NCBI GenBank assembly: GCA_046758965.1
Contig: JBHIBG010000001.1
Coordinates: 32,001-96,000 of the forward strand
Length of the DNA stretch: 64,000 bases
Direction: 5' to 3'
Source of the DNA: Candidatus Methylomirabilia bacterium
Lineage (GTDB): Bacteria > Methylomirabilota > Methylomirabilia > Rokubacteriales > CSP1-6
In this document: one piece after another, positions 1 through 11,148 of the stretch
Layout of the letters: every line of letters begins with the position of its first letter
Position numbering within the stretch: the stretch's first letter is position 1
The notes under the pieces: generated by a model
Databases searched by the model: none
Seen by the model: the letters and a program-made list of their open reading frames with translations, nothing else
What the model was told of the DNA's origin: nothing
Program-made: the position numbers and the translations under genes

Positions 1-69
1 GAAGAGCGCCACGCACATGATGAAGGGAGGAGCGAGCTCTTTGACCACGTACCGATCGAGGATCCGCAT
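1..69 (-). CDS. LptF/LptG family LPS export permease, N-terminus only (runs off window)
   Basis: Reverse strand from ATG at 69 reads MRILDRYVVKELAPPFIMCVALF, the typical LptF/G N-terminal motif. Confidence 0.75.
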   Translation of the reverse strand, partial: MRILDRYVVKELAPPFIMCVALF

Positions 70-210
70 CGTGTTACGCCTCAGCCGGTTAGGATCTCAT
101 CCCCTCGCGTCGTGCCGTAGCGGCGTGTGCGGCTCGGGCCCTCCGCGTGGTCGACTGCCATCCGGTGGCCGATGAGTCAAGCGTCACCCTCATGAGCGGC
201 CCCGCCGATC

Positions 211-891
211 CTAGGCTTGCGGCTTCCCCATGGCGGAGGCATCGTTGGTCCATTGGAGAAAGGCAAGCAAGAAGAGGAGCGGGACTGCCAATTCAAGCAC
301 CTCCCCGAGAAGTGCACAGGCCAGAACAACGTCATCGTATACGACGACTCGCCGCCGGAGAAAGTGGGCACACTCATCAAACACCTGGCTGACCGGGAGC
401 AAGAGAGTTCCGGAGAGCATGGAGATGGCATACGGCCGTCCGGCCCTAATGGCCTTGATGACTCCGGGCCCATAGTTCGCGATGAGCTTCAGAAGTATCG
501 CCGCGAGTATGAGGAGTGCCGTCCCGACAATGATCTTCTCGCTCACGGGAACGTCAGGCGATAGGAAAAAGCAGAGGGTCAAGCATTTCTCGATGTTCTG
601 CGTGGTAAATCGGGAGTTAAAATCCAGCTCGCGCAAGCCAAAGAGGAGGAACACAAAGCTCGCGGCATACCCGCTGCCCCGGCGTTTGTATGTTGCAAAG
701 ATCGACAGCGTGGCGGCGCCGGCCAGATAGAGGAGGAGTGTGGCGCGTTCTATTGGCCCGCTTTCGCGTGCGGCCGCCTCTGTAATCGCACGGGGCGAGT
801 AAGAGACCACGAGCGCGAGCAGCATCACCACGAGGAGAATCGCGAGAGGTGGCAACCAGCGCGCTTGGCTCTTGTCCGTCTTCTGCCACAT
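211..891 (-). CDS. Hypothetical multi-pass membrane protein
   Basis: Part of ORF 211..1089; from MWQK onward there are several hydrophobic segments and an LRELDF motif; start uncertain. Confidence 0.6.
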   Translation of the reverse strand: MWQKTDKSQARWLPPLAILLVVMLLALVVSYSPRAITEAAARESGPIERATLLLYLAGAATLSIFATYKRRGSGYAASFVFLLFGLRELDFNSRFTTQNIEKCLTLCFFLSPDVPVSEKIIVGTALLILAAILLKLIANYGPGVIKAIRAGRPYAISMLSGTLLLPVSQVFDECAHFLRRRVVVYDDVVLACALLGEVLELAVPLLFLLAFLQWTNDASAMGKPQA

Positions 892-1003
892 GCCCTTGTC
901 CAGGTGCGATGAGCCAGGCCCGATGGGACGGCACAGCGGGACCGGAAGGGCCCGGCACAAGGGGAGCTGGAACACCGGGAGGCCGAGCACGCTCTTTAAG
1001 GAG

Positions 1004-2176
1004 ATGCCGCGCCTCGGCATTTTACTGTACCATATCCTTGTGCGGTTCGGCACCGTCGTCTGCGCCCTGAGCGCCCTCGTCTGGCTCACCGGGCTTGCTC
1101 CACCCGATCAGGCGGTGGGAGCTGACCTGAGTGGGGGGAGAGGCATGGGAGGCGTCGCCCCGCTGATGGCGGAGGATCGGCTGGAGCGCTTCCGCCGGCT
1201 TGCAGCCTCCCGGCTGGCCGCCCTGGGGGTCTTCGGAGGCGACCCGGCCACCGAGGTCTTCCGGGAGATCTACGAGCTCCTCGACGACGAGATCCTGGAG
1301 AATCTCGATGTCGGGAGCGTCTTTGCCTCTCAAGGGTTTCTCCAGGTGCGGCTGGATGCCTTCAGCGAGGTGTGGGGAGGCAGCACCTTCCAGATCCTGG
1401 TCCTTCCGGGTGGAGGGCTCACCGTGGGAAGTTTCCAGCTCTCACCGAACACCCGGGGCAACAGCGTCCGCGTCTATGGGCGCAACGGCGGCCGCGGGGA
1501 GCTTCTGAGAACGATCTTCCGGGAAGGGGTCCCGCACCTGTATGCCATGCCGCCCACGAAGGCCGGAGAGGTTCAATTCCTGGTCGTTTGGGTCGGCCCG
1601 CCGACACCCCGCGGGACGACGGCGCTCCGGGTCGAGCTCTGGCGCCGGCAGCACGGTCGGCTCCGCGTCGCCTGGAGTCTGGCCGAATCCCTGGGACCTG
1701 AGGCCTATGCCCGTGACTATGCGGTGCGAGGCCAGCAGCTCGGCGTTCGGTATGAGGTCCGCTACCGGGGGTGGAGGCCAGGCTGCGCGGGGCAGACCGA
1801 GCACGAGGACCTCTACCGCTACGACCCGGCTTCAGGGCGGTTCATCCTGGCCAGCCGGCGGGTCTTCAACGGTTGGCACCGGGAGCTGCACGCCCGGGTG
1901 GCTCGGCTCTTCGCCGCGCTCCGGGGACACGATCGGGACGTCCTCGCGGAGATGGGTCTGGATCCACTGCCTCGAGGGCTCCCCGACCGCCTGGAGCCGG
2001 AGCCTGCCTGCGACATCCTGGAGGGGCCGTCCCCTCAGGTGGCCACCGTGACTGCAACCAACCCCGGCGATCCCCACCCTTGGGCGTTTCACTTTCGGCG
2101 GAGCTCTCAGGGGTGGGAGCTTGCCGGCGTCGACCGACTTCCTTACCCGGTGCGCCAGGTGCCCGTGCTAGAATAA
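1004..2176 (+). CDS. Hypothetical exported protein
   Basis: Long ORF with AAGGAG before ATG 1004 and an N-terminal hydrophobic signal-like segment; ends 8 nt before valS. Confidence 0.7.
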   Translation: MPRLGILLYHILVRFGTVVCALSALVWLTGLAPPDQAVGADLSGGRGMGGVAPLMAEDRLERFRRLAASRLAALGVFGGDPATEVFREIYELLDDEILENLDVGSVFASQGFLQVRLDAFSEVWGGSTFQILVLPGGGLTVGSFQLSPNTRGNSVRVYGRNGGRGELLRTIFREGVPHLYAMPPTKAGEVQFLVVWVGPPTPRGTTALRVELWRRQHGRLRVAWSLAESLGPEAYARDYAVRGQQLGVRYEVRYRGWRPGCAGQTEHEDLYRYDPASGRFILASRRVFNGWHRELHARVARLFAALRGHDRDVLAEMGLDPLPRGLPDRLEPEPACDILEGPSPQVATVTATNPGDPHPWAFHFRRSSQGWELAGVDRLPYPVRQVPVLE

Positions 2177-2184
2177 CTGCTTTA

Positions 2185-4812
2185 ATGAGCCAGATCCCCG
2201 ACCGCTACGATCCTTCCCAGGTCGAGGAGCAGTGGTACCGCGCGTGGGCGGAGGGCGGCTACTTCCATGCCGACCCCGCCTCGCCGAAGAAGCCGTACGC
2301 GATCGTCATCCCGCCCCCCAACGTGACCGGCTCCCTTCACATGGGTCACGCGCTCAACAACACCCTTCAGGACATTCTCATCCGGTACAAACGCATGGAC
2401 GGCTTCAACGCGCTCTGGATGCCCGGGACCGACCACGCGGGGATCGCCACCCAGTACGTGGTGGAGCGTCAGCTCGCCCAGGAGCGAAAGACCAAGGAGG
2501 AACTCGGGCGGGAGGCCTTTGTCCAGCAGGTCTGGCAGTGGAAGGAGGAGTCTGGCGGGCTCATCGTCCGCCAGCTGAAGCGCCTCGGCTGCTCGTGCGA
2601 CTGGGAGCGCGAGCGCTTCACCATGGATCCCGGGCTCTCGGCGGCCGTGAGGGAAGTGTTCGTCAGGCTCTGGGAGGAGGGGCTCATCTACCGGGGTGAC
2701 TACATTGTCAACTGGTGCCCCCGCTGCCAGACGGTGCTCTCGGACCTGGAAGTGGAGCACGAGGAGCGCGACGCCCACCTCTACTACATTCGTTACGGGC
2801 CCCTGGCGCTGGCCACCGTCAGGCCCGAGACCAAACTGGGAGACACGGCCCTGGCCGTCCATCCCAAGGATAAGCGCTATGCGCGCTACGTCGGGCAGGC
2901 GCTCGCCATCCCCTCGGTGGAGGGGACGATCACCATGAAGGTCGTGGGCGATCCAGCCGTAGACCCGAAGTTCGGCACCGGCGTGGTAAAAGTCACCCCG
3001 GCCCACGATCCGGCCGACTTCTGGATCGGCAAGCGCCACGGCCTCGAGGTCAAGCAGGTCATCGGATTCGACGCGAGGATGAACGAGCGCGCGGGGAGGT
3101 ACGCGGGGCTTGACCGCTTCGAGTGCCGCAAGCGCATCGTCGAGGACATGGAAGCTCTGGGCCTCATCGAGAAGATCGAGCCCTACCGCCACAGCGTCGG
3201 CGTCTGCTACCGCTGCAAGACCGTGGTGGAGCCGCTCGTCTCCCGGCAGTGGTACGTGCGGATGAAGCCGCTCGCCGAACCCGCGATCAAGGCGGTTCGA
3301 ACCGGCAAGGTCCGAATCGTTCCGCGCCATTGGGCCAAGACCTACTATCAGTGGATGGAGAACATCCGGGACTGGTGTATCTCGCGCCAGCTCTGGTGGG
3401 GACACCGCCTGCCGGTCTGGTACTGTGAGGGGTGCGGGGCGACCCATGTCTCCCGCACCGACCTGACCCGATGCCCTGCCTGCGAAGGCCCGCTGCGGCA
3501 GGATCCAGACGTGCTGGATACCTGGTTCTCCTCTCAGCTCTGGCCGTTCTCCACGCTCGGCTGGCCTGAGGAGACCTCTGAGCTCCGGGCCTTCTACCCC
3601 ACCTCGTGCCTGGTCACGAGCTTCGACATCCTCTTCTTCTGGGTGGCCAGGATGATCATGATGGGGCTCAAGTTCATGGGGGATGTGCCCTTCCGCGATG
3701 TCTACATTCACGCCTTGGTGCGGGATGCCGAGGGGAAGAAGATGTCCAAGTCCCGGGGCAACGTGATCGACCCCCTGGAGGTGATGGACCGCTACGGCAC
3801 TGACGCCTTTCGCTTCACGCTGGCTGCGCTCGCCGCTCAGGGGCGAGATATCCGAGTGGCCGTGGACCGCATCGAGGGGTATCGGAACTTCGCCAACAAG
3901 CTCTGGAACGCGGCTCGCTTCGTGTTGACCAACCTTGCGGGCTACGACCCTCGCCTGGCCCGGAAGGCCACGCCGGACCTGGCCGAGCGCTGGATCCGGA
4001 GCCGACTCTCCCACACCGTCGGGGCAGTCCGGCGGGCGCTTGGCGCCTACCGGTTCAACGAGGCGGCGAGCGCCGTCTATCAGTTCCTCTGGCACGAGTA
4101 CTGCGACTGGTATCTCGAGTGCGCCAAAACCACTTTTTACCGCTCCGGGGACGTGAGCGCGCGGGCCCGGGTGCAAACGACCTGCCTCTCCGTGCTCGAG
4201 GCCACGCTCCGGCTGCTGCACCCCCTGATGCCGTTCATCACCGAAGAGATCTGGCACCGGCTCCCCCACACGGGAGAGTCCATCATGGTGGCGCCCTTCC
4301 CCAAGGTGGTGCGGCGAGACCAGGACCCAGCCGCCGAAGCCGAGATGGCGCTGTTCATGGGGGTTGTCACAGCCATCAGGAACATCCGGGGAGAGATGCG
4401 GATCGCCCCCTCCACCTCGTTCAGGGCTGTGCTGAGGCCCGACAGCCAGGCCACCGCCGACCGCCTGGCGCCACTGCTCTCCTTGATCGAGGCGCTCGCC
4501 CGATGCGAAGTCACCCTGGACCCGAGGGCGAGCCGGCCGCCCGGCTCCGCGCTGGCCCTGGTCGGGCCTGTGGAGTGCTTTGTCCCGCTGGCCGGGATCG
4601 TGGACCTGGCTGCCGAGCGCCAACGGCTCGCCCGGGAGATCAAGAAGGCGGAGGGGGAGATTCGGTTTCTCGAAAGCAAGCTGGCCAGACCGGAATTCCG
4701 AGCAAAGGCTCCCGCAGAGGTCGTCGAGCGCGAGGAGGGCCGGCTGGCCACGCAGGAGGCCGTCCGCGCCAAGCTTCTCGAAAGCCTCGGGCGCGTCGGC
4801 GACGGCTCCTAG
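2185..4812 (+). CDS. valS: Valine--tRNA ligase
   Basis: [14 protein letters not shown] (HIGH), [19 protein letters not shown]-terminal coiled coil. Confidence 0.98.
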   Translation: MSQIPDRYDPSQVEEQWYRAWAEGGYFHADPASPKKPYAIVIPPPNVTGSLHMGHALNNTLQDILIRYKRMDGFNALWMPGTDHAGIATQYVVERQLAQERKTKEELGREAFVQQVWQWKEESGGLIVRQLKRLGCSCDWERERFTMDPGLSAAVREVFVRLWEEGLIYRGDYIVNWCPRCQTVLSDLEVEHEERDAHLYYIRYGPLALATVRPETKLGDTALAVHPKDKRYARYVGQALAIPSVEGTITMKVVGDPAVDPKFGTGVVKVTPAHDPADFWIGKRHGLEVKQVIGFDARMNERAGRYAGLDRFECRKRIVEDMEALGLIEKIEPYRHSVGVCYRCKTVVEPLVSRQWYVRMKPLAEPAIKAVRTGKVRIVPRHWAKTYYQWMENIRDWCISRQLWWGHRLPVWYCEGCGATHVSRTDLTRCPACEGPLRQDPDVLDTWFSSQLWPFSTLGWPEETSELRAFYPTSCLVTSFDILFFWVARMIMMGLKFMGDVPFRDVYIHALVRDAEGKKMSKSRGNVIDPLEVMDRYGTDAFRFTLAALAAQGRDIRVAVDRIEGYRNFANKLWNAARFVLTNLAGYDPRLARKATPDLAERWIRSRLSHTVGAVRRALGAYRFNEAASAVYQFLWHEYCDWYLECAKTTFYRSGDVSARARVQTTCLSVLEATLRLLHPLMPFITEEIWHRLPHTGESIMVAPFPKVVRRDQDPAAEAEMALFMGVVTAIRNIRGEMRIAPSTSFRAVLRPDSQATADRLAPLLSLIEALARCEVTLDPRASRPPGSALALVGPVECFVPLAGIVDLAAERQRLAREIKKAEGEIRFLESKLARPEFRAKAPAEVVEREEGRLATQEAVRAKLLESLGRVGDGS

Positions 4813-4824
4813 CTTCACGCGACC

Positions 4825-6363
4825 ATGGCCGCAGGGACACGCCTTCTCTTCTTGACGCTGGCTGCGCTTGCTCTTTTGACGTTGCCCCGTGTCCTCAAAG
4901 TGGGGATGTTTTTCGACGGCGTGACGTTTTCCAGTTTTGCGCGCAACCTCGCCGAGGGCAAGGGCACCTTCTGGGCCCCCCATTACACCGAGACCGTCTG
5001 GCCTCGGTATTTTGACGTTCCGCCGCTCGGATTTTGGCTCCAGTCATGGGTCTATCGGCTGTTTGGTGATCATGTCAGCCTCGATCCCATGTGGGACTTG
5101 GCGACCGGGCTGTTGATTGTTCTCCTGCTCGTCCCAATGTGGACGCTGGCCTGGCGGACCGAGCAAGCCGCCGTCGGGGCGTGGTGGCCTGTCTTGATGT
5201 TCGTGTCGTTTCCGATGACGGCGAAGACGTTGACCCATAATCTCATGGAACACCCGATGGCGGTGTTCGTGTTAGCCTCCTCGGTGCTGGCCCTCTTGGG
5301 CCTCAGTCGCAGGGAGGTGCGAGCACAAATCGGCTATGGAACGGCCTCCGGACTCCTGCTCGTTGCCGCGTGCCTTACGAAAGGCCCTCAGGCAATCTTT
5401 CCGCTCGTGCTTCCTGTCTTTGCGGCACTCTTCTTTCCTTCTGCGGTCAGGTGGCGGCATGCGCTCGTCTCTACCGTTTCAATGGCCGGGGCTCTGGTCG
5501 GTGGAATCGCGATCATCTATGTTTCCAGTCCAGGAGCCAGGGAGTTCTTTCACGCGTTTACCCAAGGGGTGCTGTCGCAGCTTCAGGGGGGTCGGGGAGG
5601 GGGCCAGGCTTCGCGGTGGGCGTTTTTCGGCGCTGGCCTTCTTCAACTGGCCGTGCCGGTGGGGATCGGCGCGCTCGGCGCCCTTCTCTGCAAGACTCCC
5701 GTTCGAATCTTCAAAAACAGAAGATTTGGATTCTTTCTGGCTCTGGCCTGTTGCGGAAGCCTGCCGCTTCTCATCAGTCCCAAGCTGTACGCGAGGTACT
5801 TGTTCCCCAGCCTGCCATTCTTCGCGCTGGCGCTGGGCGCTCTTTTCGAATCGGTGGCCCTCCGGGTCGAGCAGCTGGTGCAGGACCGGCGAACGTGGTC
5901 GCGGGCTGTCATGGGTGCGGCGATCGGAGGCGGGGTTGTCGCCGTCGCTCTGATGCTGGTGAATGCCGGGGAGGTGAGAAGGGCGAAGGAGTTCCATGCC
6001 GACCTCCCGCTCCAGGGCGTTGATCTAGATGGACGTGCGTTGGTCTCTGTGTGTCCGTCTGCGTTGACCGCCGATTGGCGATTGGTTGCCAATATGCAGC
6101 GCGTCTATCGGGCCAGTCTTACCGGCCGCTTGGGCGGGCGTTTTCTCCTGGTGGAAAAACAGGGGCACTGTTCCATTCCTCCACACTGTGAGCTCCTCCA
6201 GGCCACTCCTCCGCTCAAGTATCTGCTCTACCGCTGCCAGCCGGAGTCTGGCCCGGCAGTGGAGAATCAGCGTCCCCATGGCGAAATCACTCTCGCGGAG
6301 GAGCGTTCCGAGCGGTATGCACGGGTCGGGCCGACGACGCTTTTCCGGCTCACTCCGTCCTAG
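4825..6363 (+). CDS. ArnT/PMT-like (GT-C) membrane glycosyltransferase
   Basis: GMFFDG..F...ARNL, PPLGFWL and LTKGP motifs; many TM segments. Confidence 0.8.
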   Translation: MAAGTRLLFLTLAALALLTLPRVLKVGMFFDGVTFSSFARNLAEGKGTFWAPHYTETVWPRYFDVPPLGFWLQSWVYRLFGDHVSLDPMWDLATGLLIVLLLVPMWTLAWRTEQAAVGAWWPVLMFVSFPMTAKTLTHNLMEHPMAVFVLASSVLALLGLSRREVRAQIGYGTASGLLLVAACLTKGPQAIFPLVLPVFAALFFPSAVRWRHALVSTVSMAGALVGGIAIIYVSSPGAREFFHAFTQGVLSQLQGGRGGGQASRWAFFGAGLLQLAVPVGIGALGALLCKTPVRIFKNRRFGFFLALACCGSLPLLISPKLYARYLFPSLPFFALALGALFESVALRVEQLVQDRRTWSRAVMGAAIGGGVVAVALMLVNAGEVRRAKEFHADLPLQGVDLDGRALVSVCPSALTADWRLVANMQRVYRASLTGRLGGRFLLVEKQGHCSIPPHCELLQATPPLKYLLYRCQPESGPAVENQRPHGEITLAEERSERYARVGPTTLFRLTPS

Positions 6364-6364
6364 C

Positions 6365-7141
6365 TTGGCGGGCACAACCTCTGACTCGACGCTCTTCCCC
6401 CGCCTCTCGGCCCGCTTGCCGCTCGGCGCGATGGGAAAGGTCTTCCATGCCGTTCCGGTACTGCCCTCTACGCAGGACGAGCTCCGCCGGCTGGCGGAGG
6501 CGGGGGCTCCGGAGGGTGCGGTGGTGGTGGCCGACCACCAAACAGAGGGGCGCGGGCGCCAGGGACGGTCCTGGGTGGACCAGCCGGGAGCGAACCTCCT
6601 CGTCTCGCTGCTCCTCCGCCCCAAGATTCCCGTGGCGCAGGTCCCTCAGCTTTCGCTCCTCACGGCTGTGGCCGCACAGGAGGCTCTCGCCGCATCCACC
6701 GGGCTTCAGATCGAGATCCGCTGGCCCAACGATCTCGAGATACGTCGTCTGAAGGTCGCGGGGATTTTGGCCGAGGCCTCCTCGGTTGGCGGCCGGGTCT
6801 CGCTGGTTATTCTCGGGATCGGTATCAACGTCAACCAGACTCACTTTCCCGACCTGCCCCGGAAGGCGACCTCGTTGGCCCTGGAGGCGGGGAGGATGCT
6901 CGATCGCGAAGCGCTCCTTGAAAGGCTTCTCGATGCCTTGAATCGCTGGTACACGCGCTACCTCCGACAGGGGTTTCTCCCCGTGCGGGAAGCCTGGCTC
7001 CGCACCGCGCGGGGGCTGGGCGGGCCGATCAGACAGGGGAGCGTCACCGGAAGGGCGGAAGACCTGGATTCGGACGGAGCGCTGGTGGTGAGGACCGCGG
7101 AAGGCCAGGTGATCCGGTTGGTGGCGGGCGAACTCGGCTAG
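6365..7141 (+). CDS. birA: Biotin--[acetyl-CoA-carboxylase] ligase (no HTH domain)
   Basis: QTEGRGRQGRSW, IRWPND, KVAGIL, GIGINVN; start is TTG 6365 or ATG 6431. Confidence 0.92.
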   Translation: MAGTTSDSTLFPRLSARLPLGAMGKVFHAVPVLPSTQDELRRLAEAGAPEGAVVVADHQTEGRGRQGRSWVDQPGANLLVSLLLRPKIPVAQVPQLSLLTAVAAQEALAASTGLQIEIRWPNDLEIRRLKVAGILAEASSVGGRVSLVILGIGINVNQTHFPDLPRKATSLALEAGRMLDREALLERLLDALNRWYTRYLRQGFLPVREAWLRTARGLGGPIRQGSVTGRAEDLDSDGALVVRTAEGQVIRLVAGELG

Positions 7142-7270
7142 GGGAGCCGGCCCCAGCAGCGAGCAGGACGGGGCGAGAGGGAGGAACGGGAGTGGGTGCC
7201 CGAACAGGAACGGCCGACGGCCGGGAACGAAGCAGGGCGAAGTGAGTCGGAGCGGCGCGAGGGAGGGAGC

Positions 7271-8041
7271 ATGCTGCTGGTGATGGACGTTGGGAACACC
7301 ACGACGGTCCTCGGGGTGTTCGAGCAGAGGCGGCTCTTGGCCTCGTGGCGTCTGACCAGCCGGCGTGACCAGACCGCGGACGAGTATGGGGTGTTCATCC
7401 AAACGCTGCTCAAGAGCCGCGGAATTGAGCCGAGCCAGATTCGGGCTGTGGCCATCTCGAATGTGGTTCCCACGGTCCAGCAGACCCTCGAATGGATGTG
7501 CGAGAAGTACTTTGGCTTTCCCCCCTTCGCCGTGGAGCCGGGGATCAACGTCAGCCTCCCGCTTCGGGTGGACAACCCGAGAGAGCTTGGTGCCGATCGC
7601 GTCGTCAACGCCGTGGCGGCCGTGGAACTCTACGGCCCCCCCCTCATCGTGATCGACTTCGGCACCGCCACGACCTTCGACTGCGTGAACTCTCGCGGAG
7701 AGTTCATCGGCGGCGCGATCGCCCCGGGACTCACCGCGGCCTGCGAGGCGTTGACCTCCCGGGCAGCCCGCCTCTTCAGGGTGGAGCTGGTCAGGCCCAA
7801 GGAAACCATCGGCCGGGACACCGTGAGCAACATCCAGTCCGGGCTGGTGTACGGATACGCCGGCCTGGTGGATGGACTGGTGGAGCGGATGCGCGCCGAG
7901 ATGGACGGCGCCCCCACAGTGGTGGCAACCGGAGGCCTGGCGACCCTCATTCATACGGTTGCGCGGGGTATCCAGATTGTGAACCCCGACCTGACCCTGG
8001 AGGGCCTCCGGCTCGTGTATGAGCAGGCGCACCCGGCTTGA
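7271..8041 (+). CDS. coaX: Type III pantothenate kinase
   Basis: DVGNT, LGADR, IDFGTATT, GGAIAPG, ATGG motifs. Confidence 0.96.
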   Translation: MLLVMDVGNTTTVLGVFEQRRLLASWRLTSRRDQTADEYGVFIQTLLKSRGIEPSQIRAVAISNVVPTVQQTLEWMCEKYFGFPPFAVEPGINVSLPLRVDNPRELGADRVVNAVAAVELYGPPLIVIDFGTATTFDCVNSRGEFIGGAIAPGLTAACEALTSRAARLFRVELVRPKETIGRDTVSNIQSGLVYGYAGLVDGLVERMRAEMDGAPTVVATGGLATLIHTVARGIQIVNPDLTLEGLRLVYEQAHPA

Positions 8042-8066
8042 CATCGAGCCTGGCCACCGGTATACT
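8038..8066 (+). promoter_or_regulatory. Sigma-70 promoter of guaB-guaA
   Basis: TTGACA-17 nt-TATACT, 72 nt upstream of the guaB start. Confidence 0.75.
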
Positions 8067-8138
8067 TCCCACAAAATCTAGTATGCCCGGAACGGGGCCG
8101 TCTATATACAGGGGTCACACCCGGTAAGGAGATCGCCC

Positions 8139-9299
8139 ATGGGGATGTGGATTGGTCGGGGACGAAAAGCGAGGGTCGCCTACGGCTTTGACGATATCGC
8201 CCTGGTTCCCGGCGCGGTCACCGTCAACCCGAACGAAGTGAGCATCTCCTGGGAGCTCTGCGGCCGCCGCTTCGAGATCCCCATCATCGCCGCTGCCATG
8301 GACGGCGTCGTGAATTCCCAGATGGCCATTGAGATGGGGCGGTTGGGCGGGCTCGCCGTGCTCAATCTCGAGGGGATCCAGACGCGATACGAGGACCCGG
8401 ACCAGGTGATCGAGCGGATCGTTTCGGCCAGCCTCGACGAAGCCACCCGGATCATTCAGTCGATCTACGGCGAGCCGATCAAGGAGGAGCTGATCCACAA
8501 GCGGATCACCGAGATCAAGAAGGGTGGGGGACCCGCCGTGGTGTCATCGATCCCTCAGCGCGCCGACCGCTTCGCGAAGATCGCCGAGGAGGCCGGCGCT
8601 GACCTGTTTGTGGTTCAATCCACCGTCACCACCGCCCGCCACATCGCCACCCAATACAAGCCGCTGGACTTCCGCGCGCTGAAGAAGAACCTCTCCATCC
8701 CGCTCGTCGTGGGGAACTGCGTGACCTACGAGGCCTGCCTGGAGCTGATGGAGTACGGCGTGGACGCCTTGCTGATCGGGGTCGGACCCGGAGCGGCCTG
8801 CACGAGCCGGGAGGTGCTCGGGTTGGGTGTGCCGCAGGTGACGGCCACCGTAGACGCGGCGGCGGCCAGGGATTTCCACTACAAGCAGGGCGGCCGGTAT
8901 GTCCCCATCATCACCGACGGTGGCATGACCACAGGAGGGGATATCTGCAAGGCGCTGGCCGCTGGAGCCGACGCCGTGATGATCGGATCGGCCTTCGCCC
9001 GAGCCGTCGAGGCGCCAGGGCGGGGATGCCACTGGGGGATGGCCACGCCCCACCAGAACCTCCCCCGCGGCACCAGGATCCGTGTGGGGGTGGTGGGGAC
9101 GCTGGCGCAGATCCTGTTCGGCCCGGCCTTCACCGAGGACGGGTCGATGAACTTGGTGGGTGCCATCCGGACCTGCATGGGGTCGGTGGGAGCCCGGACG
9201 ATTCGGGAACTCCAGCTCACCGAGTTGATCATCGCTCCCGCCATCAAGACCGAGGGCAAAGTATTTCAGCGCGCCCAGAAGCTGGGAATGGCCAAGTGA
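8139..9299 (+). CDS. guaB: GuaB3-type IMP dehydrogenase family protein (no CBS domains)
   Basis: YGFDDIALVP, AAMDGV, GVGPGAACTSR with catalytic Cys, HWGMATP; adjacent to guaA. Confidence 0.9.
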   Translation: MGMWIGRGRKARVAYGFDDIALVPGAVTVNPNEVSISWELCGRRFEIPIIAAAMDGVVNSQMAIEMGRLGGLAVLNLEGIQTRYEDPDQVIERIVSASLDEATRIIQSIYGEPIKEELIHKRITEIKKGGGPAVVSSIPQRADRFAKIAEEAGADLFVVQSTVTTARHIATQYKPLDFRALKKNLSIPLVVGNCVTYEACLELMEYGVDALLIGVGPGAACTSREVLGLGVPQVTATVDAAAARDFHYKQGGRYVPIITDGGMTTGGDICKALAAGADAVMIGSAFARAVEAPGRGCHWGMATPHQNLPRGTRIRVGVVGTLAQILFGPAFTEDGSMNLVGAIRTCMGSVGARTIRELQLTELIIAPAIKTEGKVFQRAQKLGMAK

Positions 9300-9335
9300 G
9301 ACGCGGGGGGAGTCCGGCTCCCTCCGAGGTTCGCC

Positions 9336-10877
9336 GTGGATAAGATTGCGATCGTCGACTTCGGGTCGCAGTATACCCAGCTGATCGCGCGGCGGATTCG
9401 GGAGCTCTCCGTCTACTCCGAGATCGTGCCTCCGACTCACCCCCTGGGGGAGCTCCTCGCCGCCGATGTCAAGGGGATCGTGCTCTCCGGCGGCCCGTCG
9501 AGCGTCTACGACGATGGCGCGCCGCTCCCCTCCAAGAAGCTGTTCGAGGCGAACATCCCGGTCCTCGGCGTCTGCTACGGGATGCAGGTCATGGCCTATC
9601 TGCTGGGAGGCCACGTGGTTCCTGCTGAGCGGCGGGAGTACGGTCGCACCGCGCTCGAGCTTCTGGCAAGCGAGGGACTCTTCGCGGGGGTGCGGCCCGA
9701 GCGCGGCCAGACCCTGACGGTTTGGATGAGCCACGGCGACACGGTGCTGAAGCCGCCGAAGGGCTTCACCCGGCTCGCGGCCACGGAGAACTGCCCGGTG
9801 GCGGCCATGGCAGATCACGCTCGCCGCTGCTACGCGGTTCAGTTCCACCCCGAGGTCGTCCACACCCCGCAGGGGACGACGATCCTCCGGAACTTTCTCG
9901 ACCTCTGTCAGGCCGACGCCAGCTGGTCGATGGCCTCGTTCATCGAGAGCGCAGTCCGGGAGATCAGGCAGCGAGTGGGGGGTGAGCGAGTCCTGTGCGC
10001 CTTGTCCGGCGGTATCGACTCCTCAGTGGCGGGTGTGTTGGTCCACAAGGCGGTCGGGGACCAGCTGGCCGGCGTTTTCGTTGATAACGGCGTCCTCAGG
10101 AAAGGCGAGGCAGAGAGCGTCGTCCACACGTTCAGGGACCATTTCAAGATGGACTTGGTCCACGTCGATGCGTCCAAGCGCTTTCTGGATCGGCTCCGCG
10201 GCATTGCCGACCCCGAGCTCAAGCGCAAGCGGATCGGGGCGGAGTTTGTCGCGGTCTTCGAGGAGGAGGCGCGAAAGCTGGGCGATATCCGCTGGCTGGT
10301 GCAGGGGACCTTGTACCCTGACGTGATCGAATCGGTCTCCTTCAAGGGGCCTTCCGCGACGATCAAGACCCACCACAATGTGGGGGGGCTCCCGAGCAGG
10401 ATGGAGTTCAAGCTGTTGGAGCCGCTCCGGGAGCTCTTCAAGGACGAGGTCCGGAAGCTCGGCGAGCTGCTGGGGCTTCCCCCGGAGATCGTCTGGCGTC
10501 AGCCGTTCCCCGGCCCGGGGCTCGCCATCCGGGTCCTTGGAGAGCTCACCGAAGAGCGTCTCGAGCTGCTCCGAGAAGCCGACGCCATCGTCCAGGACGA
10601 AGTTCGGCGAGCCGGGCTCGAGCAGGAACTCTGGCAAGCCTTCGCCGTGCTGCTTCCGGTCAGGAGCGTAGGGGTGATGGGCGATTTTCGTACCTATTCC
10701 CAGGTCATCGCGCTCCGGGCCGTCATGAGCCAGGATGCCATGACGGCCGACTGGGCCCGCCTTCCGTACGACCTCCTTGAGAGGATCAGCAGCCGCATCA
10801 TCAACGAGGTGAAGGGGGTGAACCGAGTCGTCTTCGATATCTCCTCCAAGCCCCCGAGCACCATCGAGTGGGAGTGA
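9336..10877 (+). CDS. guaA: GMP synthase (glutamine-hydrolysing)
   Basis: [40 protein letters not shown]. Confidence 0.98.
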   Translation: MDKIAIVDFGSQYTQLIARRIRELSVYSEIVPPTHPLGELLAADVKGIVLSGGPSSVYDDGAPLPSKKLFEANIPVLGVCYGMQVMAYLLGGHVVPAERREYGRTALELLASEGLFAGVRPERGQTLTVWMSHGDTVLKPPKGFTRLAATENCPVAAMADHARRCYAVQFHPEVVHTPQGTTILRNFLDLCQADASWSMASFIESAVREIRQRVGGERVLCALSGGIDSSVAGVLVHKAVGDQLAGVFVDNGVLRKGEAESVVHTFRDHFKMDLVHVDASKRFLDRLRGIADPELKRKRIGAEFVAVFEEEARKLGDIRWLVQGTLYPDVIESVSFKGPSATIKTHHNVGGLPSRMEFKLLEPLRELFKDEVRKLGELLGLPPEIVWRQPFPGPGLAIRVLGELTEERLELLREADAIVQDEVRRAGLEQELWQAFAVLLPVRSVGVMGDFRTYSQVIALRAVMSQDAMTADWARLPYDLLERISSRIINEVKGVNRVVFDISSKPPSTIEWE

Positions 10878-10911
10878 GCACCACCGACCTCGTTCCCCGA
10901 TGCCGATCCCT

Positions 10912-11113
10912 TAGCCGACACTATTCATGAAGACGCCGGACAGATCTCGGGAGGCCGGCGGGTCCCGGCGCCGCGAACAGCCTCACGGTGCTCGCTCCCG
11001 CGAGCGCGAGGCTCAACATCGCCGGCGACGATCTGTCGAGCGAACCGGTCGTTACGCGGTGCGCTCCGCGCCACCCGCCGGGCCTCCGGTTCGTTCGTGA
11101 AGAGTCCAGGCTA
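10912..11113. mobile_element. Putative MITE (202 bp, imperfect 20-bp terminal inverted repeats)
   Basis: Left end TAGCCGACACTATTCATGAA vs reverse complement of right end TAGCCTGGACTCTTCACGAA (15/20); TA at both termini; internal hairpins; no convincing coding ORF. Confidence 0.55.
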
Positions 11114-11148
11114 GATCATGACCCCCATGCGCGGTTCGTGAGGTGCCG

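Noticed and set aside
2182..4983. 933-aa antisense ORF, and similar long shadow ORFs opposite coaX, guaB/guaA, hcrA, paaK and the cupin gene
   Set aside because: They mirror well-supported genes on the other strand, which is expected in high-GC DNA, and show no recognisable motifs.
10912..11113. 6S or SRP RNA
   Set aside because: No SRP domain IV motif and no 6S-like single rod with a central bubble; the terminal inverted repeats fit a MITE better.
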